Assembly: GCA_040386535.1 (NCBI GenBank)
Contig: JAZKFH010000076.1
Location: 1-64,000 of the forward strand
Length of the DNA: 64,000 nucleotides
From: Myxococcota bacterium
Lineage (GTDB): Bacteria; Myxococcota_A; UBA796; SXON01
Direction of reading: 5' to 3'
Shown: positions 26,796 through 36,895 of the stretch, piece by piece
How positions within the stretch are numbered: position 1 is the stretch's first letter
Layout of the letters: each line of letters starts with the position of its first letter
Program-made: the position numbers and the translations under genes
The notes under the pieces: model-generated
What the model saw: the letters and a program-made list of their open reading frames with translations, nothing else
Database searches by the model: none
Told to the model about the DNA's origin: nothing

Positions 26796-29468
26796 CTAGC
26801 GACAGCTCCCCCCCACCCGCACGGTCGCCGTCCCCGTGCGGTACAGCAGGTCCTCGCCCGTGCTGCCGTCGGTGTCCCCGACCGCCCAGAGCGCGCTCCC
26901 CAGGGCCTCGCCGGGGGCGCCCGCGCGCCAGATCGTGAGGCCCTCGCGCCACACGCCGCGCCAGATCGCGCCCGCGCCGTTGTTGGCGTCGTCGTCGCCG
27001 AGCCAGGCCTCGGTGCGCCCGTCGCCGTCGAGGTCCGCGATGGCGAGCGCCTCCACGCCCACCTCCCACCGGTCGCCGAGGAGCAGCGGGCACGCGGCGC
27101 CGGACAGCACGCGCACGCCGGTGCTGCCGCCGAGGAGGGCGTCGTCCACGCCGTCGTCGTCGAGATCGCCGCCGATGGCGAGCGCGGTGCCCATCTGCTC
27201 GCCCAGCTGGCCGTAGAGCTCCAGGGAGGAGGCGTCGTCCATCAGCGCGTCCGCCGCGGGCACACGGAGGAACACGTAGGCGCGGCCGTCGCCGTAGGCG
27301 CTGCGGGGGTTGCCGACGAGCAGGTCGTCGTGGCCGTCGTTGTCGAGATCGGCGGTAGCGCCGGGGCGCGCGGCGGCGACCTCCAGCGTGTCCCAGCTCT
27401 CGGGCGTGGCGAGGACCACCCCGTCGTCGACCGTCTGCGCGTCTCCGGCGAGGAGGGCCAGGCCGCGGCTCCCGCGCGCATCGCGCACGCCGACCCACAG
27501 CTCCGCGAGGCCGTCCCCGTCGAGATCGCCGGCGTGCCCCACGCGACCCTCGCGCGCCCACCGCGTGCCGTCCACGATCGTGTGCTCGGCCAGGTCCACG
27601 GCGGCGCCGGACATGCCCGCGGGGAGCCGCCACACGGCCGCCTCTCCGCTCACGAGGAGCTCGGCGAGGCCGTCGCCGTCGGTGTCGCCGACGCCGGCGA
27701 AGGGGTAGGGGACGGTCGCCCGGCCGCCCGTGACGGTGGCGCGTGCGGTCACGAGGCCCTCGCCGTCGAACAGCGTGATGGCGCCGGTCGCGTCCAACGT
27801 CGCGAGCTCGGTGTTGCCGTCGCCGTCGAGGTCCCCGAGGGGGCTGGCCCAGACGGCCTGCACCGGCAGCGGGGCTTCGGCCGGCGCGTCGACCACGCCG
27901 TCGCAGTCGTTGTCGACGCCGTCACACGTCTCGCGGCCGAAGGTAGGCGTGACGCCAGGATCGTCGTCATCGCAGTCGCCCTCGGCGCGGCCCACGCCGT
28001 CCCCGTCCGCGTCGCAGCTGCCCCCGAAGGCGAGCGCGCCATCGAGCGCGGCGGCGAGGGTTCCGGAGAAGGCGCGCGGATCGGGCACGCCGTCGCCGTC
28101 GACATCGGTGGGCGGGGCGAGCGAGCGGTCGGACTGCAGCGTCATCGGGATGGCGTAGGTGGCGAACACGCCGGTCGCGCCGATCGCCACGAGGCCGTCG
28201 GCGGTGGCGACGAGCAGGTCATCCGCGCCGTCGCCGTCGAGATCGCCGCCGTTCGCGAGGCCCGTGGCGTCCAGCGCGAGGGTCTCGTCCACCCCGCTGG
28301 CGCCGAGGCGAACGGGGGTCGTGCCGGCGAGCGTCCACGTCGCGTCGCCGACACGCACGAGCGCGGCGCCGATCCCGCTGGTGCCGCCGCGGTCGTAGAC
28401 GAGGTCGGCGGCCCCCATCACGCCCCCGGTGCCGATGCGCGCGCTGTTCCAGCGCCCCACGAAGCCCACGCCAAGCGTGTCCGAGAGCGTCGCCATGCCC
28501 AGGAGCAGCTCGGGACGCAGGTCGCCGTCGGCGTCGGGCGTGGTGGCGAACGCCCACGCACCGCCTCCCGTGTTCATCACCCACGAGGCGGCGGCCTCCC
28601 CGATCCCCGCCACGCCCACGGGCGCGCCCGAGTAGAGCAACACGTAGCGGTAGTACCCCACGATCAGCTCGGCGCGGCCGTCTCCCGTGATGTCCGGCGC
28701 GAGCGCGAGGGACGTGCCGATCTGCCCGTCGAGCTCGCCGCCTTCGAGGACCGACACCGCGTCGGCCAGCGTGGTGTCCGGCCCGAGGGGCCCCGCGAAG
28801 ACGAACACGCGCCCCCGGTTCGGCACGTCGTCCACCACCGCGTACGGCGCCGCGACGACCAGATCGTCCACGCCGTCCCCCGTCAGATCGCGCCCCGAGG
28901 CCACCTGCGCACCGAAGCTTGGGCTCTGGCCGGTGCCCTCGATCGTCACGACCAGCGTCCCAGCCGCGTCGTAGACGGACACCGCCCCGTCGATCGTCGG
29001 CACCGCGCTGGTCTTCCCCATCACCAGGGCCGGGGCGCCCCCGTCGAGCAGCGCGCCCGCGAGCACCACGGTGGCGGCCGTGTCGACGGCGATCGCGAAC
29101 GCGTCGTCCACCCGCCCGTCGCAGTCGTCGTCCACGCCGTCGCACACCTCGCGCCCGGTCGGCGCGCAGGTCTCGGTGACGGGGCCGTCGATTCCGTCGC
29201 AGTTCGTGTCGATTCCGTCGACGACCGGATCGAGCGCCGCGGGGTTCACGCCCAGATCGAAGTCGTCGCAGTCGGTGCCACCGTCGCCAACGCTGTCCCA
29301 CCCGTCGCCATCGGCGTCACGTGCCGCGTCACACGCCGGGATTCCGTCCTCGTCGGTGTCGGTCACCACTCCGGTCACGCTCTTTCCGGTGTCCTTGTCG
29401 ACGCGTGGCCCGTCGCCAGTACCGCGGCAGCCGACGAGGGAAAGCAGCAGAAACAGGCCTGGGCGCAT
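26796..29468 (-). CDS. FG-GAP / MopE-like repeat surface lipoprotein
   Basis: LVGC lipobox, many GDLDGDG repeats and D.DGDG..DCDD...CDG.DNDCDG motifs. Confidence 0.85.
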   Translation of the reverse strand: MRPGLFLLLSLVGCRGTGDGPRVDKDTGKSVTGVVTDTDEDGIPACDAARDADGDGWDSVGDGGTDCDDFDLGVNPAALDPVVDGIDTNCDGIDGPVTETCAPTGREVCDGVDDDCDGRVDDAFAIAVDTAATVVLAGALLDGGAPALVMGKTSAVPTIDGAVSVYDAAGTLVVTIEGTGQSPSFGAQVASGRDLTGDGVDDLVVAAPYAVVDDVPNRGRVFVFAGPLGPDTTLADAVSVLEGGELDGQIGTSLALAPDITGDGRAELIVGYYRYVLLYSGAPVGVAGIGEAAASWVMNTGGGAWAFATTPDADGDLRPELLLGMATLSDTLGVGFVGRWNSARIGTGGVMGAADLVYDRGGTSGIGAALVRVGDATWTLAGTTPVRLGASGVDETLALDATGLANGGDLDGDGADDLLVATADGLVAIGATGVFATYAIPMTLQSDRSLAPPTDVDGDGVPDPRAFSGTLAAALDGALAFGGSCDADGDGVGRAEGDCDDDDPGVTPTFGRETCDGVDNDCDGVVDAPAEAPLPVQAVWASPLGDLDGDGNTELATLDATGAITLFDGEGLVTARATVTGGRATVPYPFAGVGDTDGDGLAELLVSGEAAVWRLPAGMSGAAVDLAEHTIVDGTRWAREGRVGHAGDLDGDGLAELWVGVRDARGSRGLALLAGDAQTVDDGVVLATPESWDTLEVAAARPGATADLDNDGHDDLLVGNPRSAYGDGRAYVFLRVPAADALMDDASSLELYGQLGEQMGTALAIGGDLDDDGVDDALLGGSTGVRVLSGAACPLLLGDRWEVGVEALAIADLDGDGRTEAWLGDDDANNGAGAIWRGVWREGLTIWRAGAPGEALGSALWAVGDTDGSTGEDLLYRTGTATVRVGGSCR

Positions 29469-29543
29469 CGTCCCGCACTCTACCCGGTCCTTGCCGCGAG
29501 CACCGCAGTCCGTTAGAGCCGCGCCCTGTAACTGAGGTGCCGT

Positions 29544-29762
29544 TTGGCGAGTGATGACCTGATCGAGATTGACGGCGTCATCAAAGAGGTTTTCCCCGGT
29601 GGAGCCTTCCTGGTGCAGACGGACGCTGGTACCGAGGTGCACGCGCACCTCGCGGGCAAGCTTCGTCGTTTCCGCATCCGCGTGGTCCTGGGGGACCGGG
29701 TGACGGTCGCCGTCTCCCCGTACGACCTCTCGAAGGGCCGGATCACCTTCCGCCACAAGTAG
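29544..29762 (+). CDS. infA: Translation initiation factor IF-1
   Basis: 72 aa, GDRV.V..SPYDL.KGRI.FR, GAGGT RBS and TTG start. Confidence 0.95.
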   Translation: MASDDLIEIDGVIKEVFPGGAFLVQTDAGTEVHAHLAGKLRRFRIRVVLGDRVTVAVSPYDLSKGRITFRHK

Positions 29763-29858
29763 GCGGCCGCTCAGCGGACCTCCGAAGCGCGGCCTCCGGG
29801 TCCGCGTTTCGAGCGCGGGTGGCTGGGATCGGCGGGAGATCCGTCGTAGAGTCGCGTC

Positions 29859-30686
29859 ATGCACAAAATGACGACGCGGCGCAAGCTGGCCATCGCCACG
29901 TGGGGCGCGCCCGACGAAGGCAACATCTTCGGGAAGATCACGTTGGACGCGACGGAGGCGATGGCCTACCTCGCGCACCTGCGCGCCACGACCGGCGAGA
30001 AGGTCTCCATGACCCACCTCGTCGGAAAGGTCGTGGGCAACGCGCTCGCGCAGGCGCCCGGGCTCAACGGGTACATCCGCTTCGGCACGTACGTCCCGCA
30101 CACGAACGTGAACGTGACGTACCTCGTGGCCCTCGAGGACGGCGCGGACCTCGCCAAGGCCAAGGTCGACGACATCGACAAGAAGTCGGTCGTCGAGGTC
30201 GCGCAGGACCTGCGCCAGCGCGCCGAGCGCCTCCGCGCCGGCAAGGACGCTGCGTTCGAGAAGAGCAAGGGCCCGCTCCAGCTCCTACCGACCTGGCTCA
30301 TCCGCCCGATGCTGAAGATCACGGGCTGGCTCACCGGCAGCCTGGGGATCTCCATCCCCGCGTTCGGCCTCGAGGCGTTCCCCTTCGGGAGCTGCATCGT
30401 CACGTCGGTCGGCATGTTCGGCCTCGACGAGGGCTTCGCCCCCTTCACGCCCTTCGCCCGCGTGCCCGTGTTGGTGCTCGTCGGCGCCGTTCGTGACGGG
30501 GTGGTGGCGATTGATGGCGTGCCCACCGTGCGCAAGCAGGTCACCATCACCGCGACCATCGACCACCGCTTCCTCGACGGCTTTCAAGGCGGGGTTCTCG
30601 CGAAGATCGTGCGCGAGCAGATCGAGGATCCGTGGCGCCTGGAGGCGGGTCAGCGGGCGCTGACGGGGGCGTCCCCGGCGGCCTGA
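29859..30686 (+). CDS. Stand-alone 2-oxoacid dehydrogenase E2-type acyltransferase catalytic domain
   Basis: TIDHRFLDG motif. No lipoyl or E3-binding domain. Confidence 0.85.
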   Translation: MHKMTTRRKLAIATWGAPDEGNIFGKITLDATEAMAYLAHLRATTGEKVSMTHLVGKVVGNALAQAPGLNGYIRFGTYVPHTNVNVTYLVALEDGADLAKAKVDDIDKKSVVEVAQDLRQRAERLRAGKDAAFEKSKGPLQLLPTWLIRPMLKITGWLTGSLGISIPAFGLEAFPFGSCIVTSVGMFGLDEGFAPFTPFARVPVLVLVGAVRDGVVAIDGVPTVRKQVTITATIDHRFLDGFQGGVLAKIVREQIEDPWRLEAGQRALTGASPAA

Positions 30687-30734
30687 TCGCGGGCGGGAGG
30701 CCGCCTTGGGAGCGGCGGCGCGTTAAGGGGCGCG

Positions 30735-32405
30735 GTGCGCTACGTCCCCGAAAATCCACTCATCGTCCAGTCCGACTACACCCTTCTCCTGGAGACGATG
30801 GGGCCCCACTTCCGCGCCGCCCGCGACGCGTTGGCTCGGTTCGCCGAGCTCGTGAAGTCCCCCGACTACGTCCACACCTACCGCGTCACCCCCCTCTCCT
30901 TGTGGAACGCGGCGAGCTCCGGGATGACCGTGGTCGACGTGTGCGCGGCCCTCGAGAAGTACGCGAAGTACGAGGTCCCGCCCAACGTCCCGGTCAACAT
31001 CAGCGAGACCATGGGGCGCTACGGCCGCCTCAAGCTCTACAAGGATCCGCGCGGGCTCCGGCTCGAATCCGCTGATCCGATCCTGATGACCGAGGTGTGC
31101 AGCCTCAAGCCGGTCATTCCGCTCCTCGGGGCGCGCCTCGGGGACAACGCGGTCCTCGTCGATCCGGGCAACCGCGGCGAGCTCAAGCAGGCCCTCACCC
31201 ACGCCGGCCACCCGGTGGAGGACCTCGCGGGCTACCGCGATGGTGAAGCGCTCGACTTCACCGTGACCCAGGAGATGAAGAACGGCCAACCGTGGGCGTT
31301 GCGCGACTACCAACGCCAGGCGGTCGAGACGTTCCACGGGGACGGCATGGCCCAGGGCGGCTCGGGCGTCATCGTCCTGCCGTGCGGGGCGGGCAAGACC
31401 ATGGTGGGCATCGGCGCCATGGCCAAGCTCAACATGAAGACGCTCATCCTCTGCACCAACGTCACGGCGTTGCGTCAGTGGAAGAACGAGATCCTCGACA
31501 AGACCACGCTCACCGAGGAAGAGGTCGGCGAGTACTCCGGCGAGATGAAGGACATCAAGTCGGTCACGCTCTCGACCTACCAGATGTTGACGTTCCGGAA
31601 GTCGCGGAACGAGATCTTCGTGCACTTCGGCCTGTTCGACAAGGAGAACTGGGGCCTCGTCATCTACGACGAGGTGCACCTGCTCCCCGCGCCGATCTTC
31701 CGCGCCGTGGCCCACCTCCAGGCGCGTCGCCGGCTCGGCCTCACCGCCACGCTCGTGCGCGAGGATGGCAAGGAGGCCGACGTGTTCGCGCTCATCGGGC
31801 CCAAGCGGTACGACGTGCCGTGGAAGGACCTGGAGCACCAGGGCTGGATCGCGGCGGCGAGCTGCACCGAGATCCGGGTGAGCTTCTCGGAAGAGGATCG
31901 CATCCGCTACGCAGTGGCGGACGACCGCGAGAAGTTCCGCATCGCCAGCATCAATGCCCGGAAGACCCCGGTCATCGAGGGCCTGCTGGAGAAGCACAAG
32001 GAAGACCGCATCCTCATCCTCGGCATGTACGTCGAGCAGCTCGAGTTCCTCTCGCGCCGGCTCAACCTGCCGCTGATCGAGGGCCGCACGCCGCAGAAGC
32101 GCCGCGACGAGCTGTACGAGCGCTTCCGCACCGGGCAGGATCGCGTGCTCGTGATCTCGAAGGTCGGAAACTTCTCGGTCGATCTCCCCGACGCGAACGT
32201 CGCGATCCAGATCAGCGGGACCTGGGGCAGCCGCCAGGAAGAGGCCCAGCGCCTCGGCCGCATCCTCCGGCCGAAGCAGGGCGTCAACAAGGCGAACTTC
32301 TACACGTTGATCACGCGCGACACGGTCGAGCAGACCTTCGGCGAGAAGCGCCAGCTCTTCCTGACCGAGCAGGGTTACGCCTACCGCATCGAAGCCGGGG
32401 AGTGA
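30735..32405 (+). CDS. XPB/Rad25-family DNA helicase
   Basis: PLIVQSD N-terminal domain, LPCGAGKT, DEVH, LGLTAT and QRLGRILRP. Confidence 0.93.
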   Translation: MRYVPENPLIVQSDYTLLLETMGPHFRAARDALARFAELVKSPDYVHTYRVTPLSLWNAASSGMTVVDVCAALEKYAKYEVPPNVPVNISETMGRYGRLKLYKDPRGLRLESADPILMTEVCSLKPVIPLLGARLGDNAVLVDPGNRGELKQALTHAGHPVEDLAGYRDGEALDFTVTQEMKNGQPWALRDYQRQAVETFHGDGMAQGGSGVIVLPCGAGKTMVGIGAMAKLNMKTLILCTNVTALRQWKNEILDKTTLTEEEVGEYSGEMKDIKSVTLSTYQMLTFRKSRNEIFVHFGLFDKENWGLVIYDEVHLLPAPIFRAVAHLQARRRLGLTATLVREDGKEADVFALIGPKRYDVPWKDLEHQGWIAAASCTEIRVSFSEEDRIRYAVADDREKFRIASINARKTPVIEGLLEKHKEDRILILGMYVEQLEFLSRRLNLPLIEGRTPQKRRDELYERFRTGQDRVLVISKVGNFSVDLPDANVAIQISGTWGSRQEEAQRLGRILRPKQGVNKANFYTLITRDTVEQTFGEKRQLFLTEQGYAYRIEAGE

Positions 32406-32406
32406 C

Positions 32407-32625
32407 ATGGGCGTGATCCATCACAACGTGGCGGTCCTCCGCGTGGCCGAGCCGAGCGTGCTCGACGAGATCCGCGCGGTGCTCCCGCTCGACGCCCACG
32501 TGATGGGCTGGATCTCGCCGACCGAAGCGGTGCTCGATCCCCAGGAGCTCAAGCCCTTGCTCGACGCGCTCGAGGCCCGCGGCATGGGCGCCCTGGTGCG
32601 TCGGACGGGGCCCGGCGGCGGTTGA
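32407..32625 (+). CDS. Small hypothetical protein co-transcribed with XPB
   Basis: Starts 1 nt after the XPB stop, GGGAG RBS, typical codon usage. Confidence 0.7.
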   Translation: MGVIHHNVAVLRVAEPSVLDEIRAVLPLDAHVMGWISPTEAVLDPQELKPLLDALEARGMGALVRRTGPGGG

Positions 32626-33137
32626 TCGGGCTCGCCGCGCTGCTCCTCCTGGGGCGCGCGGTCGCCGCCCCGCTCGTCGTAATCGACGGTCCGCTCGTAG
32701 AGGCCGTTCCGTGCGCCACCCCGGCCGCGCCTGCGCTCGTCGCGTCCCTGCAGGAAGGGGTGTCGCTCCGGTGGCGCCAAGCGGATCGCCTGTTCCCCGA
32801 CATCGGGCTCGAACGAGCGCTCGTGCGCCGCGTGGTCGTACGCGCGCGCGTCCTCGGCGTATGTGACGGGCGCGTGGTCGTGGAGGACGTGGCCGTGCGG
32901 CTCGTGGGGCCGCGGCGTCTGCCGATGGAGGCCGCCATCGCCACCCGCTTGCGTCCGGGCGTGCTGCTCGGCGTCACCGAGCGCGACGTCGTGGTGCGGC
33001 CGCCGCGGGGGAGCGTGCGCATCACCACCCGGGACGGGTTCACCGCCTACGGGGTGTGGGCGCTCGGCGCCTTGCGCGGGGGAACATCGGCGGCGCCCGC
33101 GGGGACCACCTCCTCTTCGGGCTCGTCCTCGATGTAG
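32622..33137 (+). CDS. Hypothetical exported protein
   Basis: TTGA start/stop overlap and a hydrophobic N-terminus. Overlaps the convergent gene by 91 nt. Confidence 0.5.
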   Translation: MIGLAALLLLGRAVAAPLVVIDGPLVEAVPCATPAAPALVASLQEGVSLRWRQADRLFPDIGLERALVRRVVVRARVLGVCDGRVVVEDVAVRLVGPRRLPMEAAIATRLRPGVLLGVTERDVVVRPPRGSVRITTRDGFTAYGVWALGALRGGTSAAPAGTTSSSGSSSM

Positions 33138-35539
33138 CCGAGGGCCTTGAGCGCGGCCTTGTGCTCGTCGTCGGCGCCCACGGCGGCGTTTCCGGCGGGG
33201 AGCGGGATCGCGGCGTAGGTGACCTCGAGGGTGCGGCCCTGCGCGGACACCTTCGCCAGGGCCTCGCCCGCGCCGTCGAAGGGGAGCGGCTTGAGCGGGG
33301 TCCCGGTGACGCCGCGCTGGGCGATGCGTACGGTCACGGTGGAGGCGATCGCGGTGGCGTCGCCGTTGGGGACGACGAACACCTCGCGGTGCGATCCCCG
33401 CGCGCTCGTGAACGCCGCGGAGATCGTCTCGTCGTCGAGGATCTCGACGGTGGCGTCCGACATGTTGGTCGGATCGTCGCCCACCCAGGCGTGCGCGATG
33501 CCGCCGGGAACGTGGAGCTCGACCTTGAAGGCATTCGAGGTGCGCCCGCGTGGGGAGAGGCGGTAGCCGACGCCGACGCCGCGGCCGAGCCCGGCGGCGA
33601 GGGCCGTCCGTCCGGAGGCGGGGTCCCGGCTGAAGCGAAGGTCGTTGCTCTCGTCCGCGTCTCGCTTCAGATCGAAGAGCAGCTCCTTGCCGCTCCGGCT
33701 CACGTACTTGAGCCCGGCCTCCAGGCTGCCCCACGCTTCGTTCCCGTAGAGCGGGCGGCCGAACGTGATCGGCCGGTCGGTCACCGTCGCGTCGGGCTCG
33801 CCGCGCGCCAGGGGCACGAGCGACCGGCCCTGGAGCCCCGGATCGCCGAGGCCCAGGATCTCGAGCACGGTGGGCGTCAGATCGACCAGCGACACCGGCG
33901 TCGAGACCCGGCGCGGGGCGAGGCCCGGGGCGCGCACCACGAGGGGGATCCGAAGCAGCTCGTCGTAGAGGGTGTGGCCGTGCTCCAGGCCCCCGTGTTC
34001 GAAGAATTCTTCGCCGTGGTCGGCAAACAACACGACGGTCGCGTCGTCTCCGGTCGCGGCGAGCAAGCGCCCGAGCTGATCGTCGACGTACCGCAGGTTC
34101 TGGTCGTAGCGCGCGGTGAGGTAGGTCCGCACGTAGTCCTGGTTTCCGCGCGCCGCCGACATCAGCGTGTTGCGGTTGAACACCTCGGGGAGGCCCGCGG
34201 GGCGCGCGCCGGCGTACAGGTCGCGGTAGGCGCGCGGCTCCTTGTAGGGCAGGTGCAGGTCCATCAGGTGCACCATCACCAGCGCGTCCTGGTCGGCATG
34301 GCGCTCCAGGAAATCGAGCGTGCGGTCGACCTCGACGCGGGCGTACGGCCAGTTGATGCAGCCGTGTTCGCCCCATCCGCCCGACATGTCGAAGTTCGAG
34401 GAGAGGTACACGTTGCCGACGTAGGCGGCCGTGGCCCAGCCCTCGGCGGCGAGTCGCATCGGCAGGGTGCGCGCGTCCGCCCAGAACTCGGGCTGCATGC
34501 CGGAGAGGGCGGCGCGAGAGCTCGGCAGGGTCCACGGGGCGACCGAGCGGGCATCGTCGAAGACCACGGCGCCTTCCGCCCAGCGGTCGATCACCGGAGT
34601 GGCGCCGCGGGTGTGCCCGTACACGCCCAGGTGATCGCGGCGGAGCGTGTCCACGAACACCAGCACCGTGCGCTTGGGGGTGGCGCTCGGGACGTAGATC
34701 GAGGGCGCGACGACGAAGGTGTGGTCCCGCGTGGGGTCCGCGTCGACCGTGGAGAGGGTGACGCGCACGGTGCGCCCGCCCCACCTCTCCATCGGCACCC
34801 GCACGTCGGTGAAGGCACGGACGTGCGCGCGCACGGTGGTCACGAGCTCGCCGTCCACGCGGACCTCGACGTCGCTGCCGTCACTCGTGGTGCCGTCCGC
34901 CATCTCGGGGGGGAGCACGCCCGCTTCGAAGCGAAGGACGCCCCCGGCGGGGATCGCCACGTCCCACCCCGCGGTGGAGGGCGTGGGCAGGTAGAGCCCG
35001 CGGCGCGTCACGTCGTCCACCTGCGCGGAGCGAACCACGAACGCCGCGTCCCCGTCGAGGCCTGCGGGTGCGTCGTCACGCACACGCCACAACACGTCCT
35101 CCCGATCGAGGGCCGCCGGGTACTTGAGCTGCAGATCGCCGGCCGCGGGAGGCGCCTCGTCCGCCCGGATGCGCACGGTGAGCGCGTCGGCGCTGAAGTC
35201 CCACGTGTCGGGGACCCCTGCGTCCTCCGCGTCCCCCGCGAAGCGCAAGCGGCCGGCGGCGCGCGCGGCGGGACCGCGCTCGAGGGTCATCCCCTGGGGG
35301 GGCGAGTCGAAAAAAAGCGCCCGCGGGCGCACGGGGATGGGCGCCTCGTAGGAGCGCACCCCGCCGACCACACCCACGAGCCGGAACGGCCCGGCCACGC
35401 TCACCGCGCCCTCCGTGAGGGCGGCGGGAGGCGGCGGCCGCGCGACGGTCAGCTCGGCGAAGCGCTGATCGGCGAGCCCGATCCCCTCACCGGCCAGCGC
35501 CGTGCCGACCCACGAGAGGAGGACCCACCCGAAGAACAT
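33047..35539 (-). CDS. Sulfatase-like (alkaline phosphatase superfamily) exported protein
   Basis: VDTLRRDHLG.YG, PWTLPS, DLHLPY, ADHGEEF.EHG..EHG and LKALGY. Confidence 0.88.
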   Translation of the reverse strand: MFFGWVLLSWVGTALAGEGIGLADQRFAELTVARPPPPAALTEGAVSVAGPFRLVGVVGGVRSYEAPIPVRPRALFFDSPPQGMTLERGPAARAAGRLRFAGDAEDAGVPDTWDFSADALTVRIRADEAPPAAGDLQLKYPAALDREDVLWRVRDDAPAGLDGDAAFVVRSAQVDDVTRRGLYLPTPSTAGWDVAIPAGGVLRFEAGVLPPEMADGTTSDGSDVEVRVDGELVTTVRAHVRAFTDVRVPMERWGGRTVRVTLSTVDADPTRDHTFVVAPSIYVPSATPKRTVLVFVDTLRRDHLGVYGHTRGATPVIDRWAEGAVVFDDARSVAPWTLPSSRAALSGMQPEFWADARTLPMRLAAEGWATAAYVGNVYLSSNFDMSGGWGEHGCINWPYARVEVDRTLDFLERHADQDALVMVHLMDLHLPYKEPRAYRDLYAGARPAGLPEVFNRNTLMSAARGNQDYVRTYLTARYDQNLRYVDDQLGRLLAATGDDATVVLFADHGEEFFEHGGLEHGHTLYDELLRIPLVVRAPGLAPRRVSTPVSLVDLTPTVLEILGLGDPGLQGRSLVPLARGEPDATVTDRPITFGRPLYGNEAWGSLEAGLKYVSRSGKELLFDLKRDADESNDLRFSRDPASGRTALAAGLGRGVGVGYRLSPRGRTSNAFKVELHVPGGIAHAWVGDDPTNMSDATVEILDDETISAAFTSARGSHREVFVVPNGDATAIASTVTVRIAQRGVTGTPLKPLPFDGAGEALAKVSAQGRTLEVTYAAIPLPAGNAAVGADDEHKAALKALGYIEDEPEEEVVPAGAADVPPRKAPSAHTP

Positions 35540-35548
35540 CTCGAAGCG

Positions 35549-36895
35549 CTAGGCCCGGCGGCGACGGAGGCCCGCCACCGCGGCGAGGAGGCCGCCGACG
35601 AGGCCGAAGCCCGCCGTGGAACCACCGCCGGTGGAGCAGCCACCACCACCCTCGGCGGCGTGATCCTCGGCGGCCACGGCGAGGTAGCTCGCCTTGAGCC
35701 CACCGGGGCCGCCGATGTTCATCAGCACGACGTAGTTGCCGGCGGCCGGGAACGTGATGTCGGGCGACCAGGCGCCGATGGTGTCGATGTCGTCCGGGTT
35801 GCCGTCGAGGTCGACGAGGTTCTCCGGCGTGATGTCCGCCGCGGAGGTGCCCTTGTAGACCTCCCACACGATGGTGTCGACGCAGCCGTACACCGACACG
35901 TCGGTGTGGTTCACCGTGCTGTAGGTGAGGCCGTCCGCGTGGCTGATCGTGAAGAAGCCAGCGGCGCCGTCCGCGGGGCGGGGCTCCTCGCAGGCGAGGA
36001 CGTAGCCGAGCTGATCGTAGGTGTACGTGCTCGTGCCGCAGACGGGATCCTCGAGCTCGATCACGGCCTCGACCGTGAACTGGCCGGGCGAGAGGTACTC
36101 GTGGGTCGGGCTCATCTCGACGCTGGTCTCGCCGTCCCCGAAGCTCCAGCTCACGCCGATGACCTCGGAGTCGCTGACGACCTCGAAGCCCACCGCGAGG
36201 GGGTTCGCGCCGATCCGCTTGGTGGTGGCCTCGAAGAAGGCCGAGCTGCCGTACAGCGTGGTGATCGAGAGGATGTCGTCCTGGTTGATGACGGCGCCCT
36301 GCGTGTCACAGGGGGCGACCGACCAGAACATCGTCGCTTCGACCTTGTCGGTCTCGGTGCAGCTCTGGCCGTCCTCGCAGGAGTGGCCCAGGCCGTAGAG
36401 GTGGCCGATCTCGTGCGTGGCGACGGACTCGATGGAGGTCTGGTCGGCGCAGGCCTGCTCCATGTCCGGGGTCGAGCCGAAGTCGACGTTGTCGTTGAAG
36501 ACGATGTCGGCGTCGGTGAGGTGCCGGTAGATGCGGCCGCCGATCTCCTTGACGATGACGTTCTCCGTCAACGAGTAGGTCACGCCGAGGACACCGGGCT
36601 CGATCTCGTCGCTCGGGTCATCCCAGTGGAAGGTGATGAAGCCGTCGGTCGCGTTGCGCTCGGACTGGAACGCGTCGTCGCCCTGGTAGGCGTGACTGAT
36701 CGCGGCGCACTCGGCGTCGTACCAGTTGTCCCACGAGAGCTCGAGGACCTCACGGCCATACCCCTCGGCGAGGGAGTCCTCTTCGAGAGCCTGGCCGGTC
36801 CACCACTGGAGCGGGAAGTCGGTCTCGGCCCAGGCGCCACCGGTGTGTTCCCAGGCGTGGGCCGCGGGGAGGGCGAGCAGGAGAAGGGAAAACAT
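35549..36895 (-). CDS. Matrixin (M10) metalloprotease with PKD domain and MYXO-CTERM anchor
   Basis: HEIGHLYGLGH, Met-turn ATM, PKD motif WSFGDG and tail GGGCST...LRRRRA. Confidence 0.9.
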   Translation of the reverse strand: MFSLLLLALPAAHAWEHTGGAWAETDFPLQWWTGQALEEDSLAEGYGREVLELSWDNWYDAECAAISHAYQGDDAFQSERNATDGFITFHWDDPSDEIEPGVLGVTYSLTENVIVKEIGGRIYRHLTDADIVFNDNVDFGSTPDMEQACADQTSIESVATHEIGHLYGLGHSCEDGQSCTETDKVEATMFWSVAPCDTQGAVINQDDILSITTLYGSSAFFEATTKRIGANPLAVGFEVVSDSEVIGVSWSFGDGETSVEMSPTHEYLSPGQFTVEAVIELEDPVCGTSTYTYDQLGYVLACEEPRPADGAAGFFTISHADGLTYSTVNHTDVSVYGCVDTIVWEVYKGTSAADITPENLVDLDGNPDDIDTIGAWSPDITFPAAGNYVVLMNIGGPGGLKASYLAVAAEDHAAEGGGGCSTGGGSTAGFGLVGGLLAAVAGLRRRRA

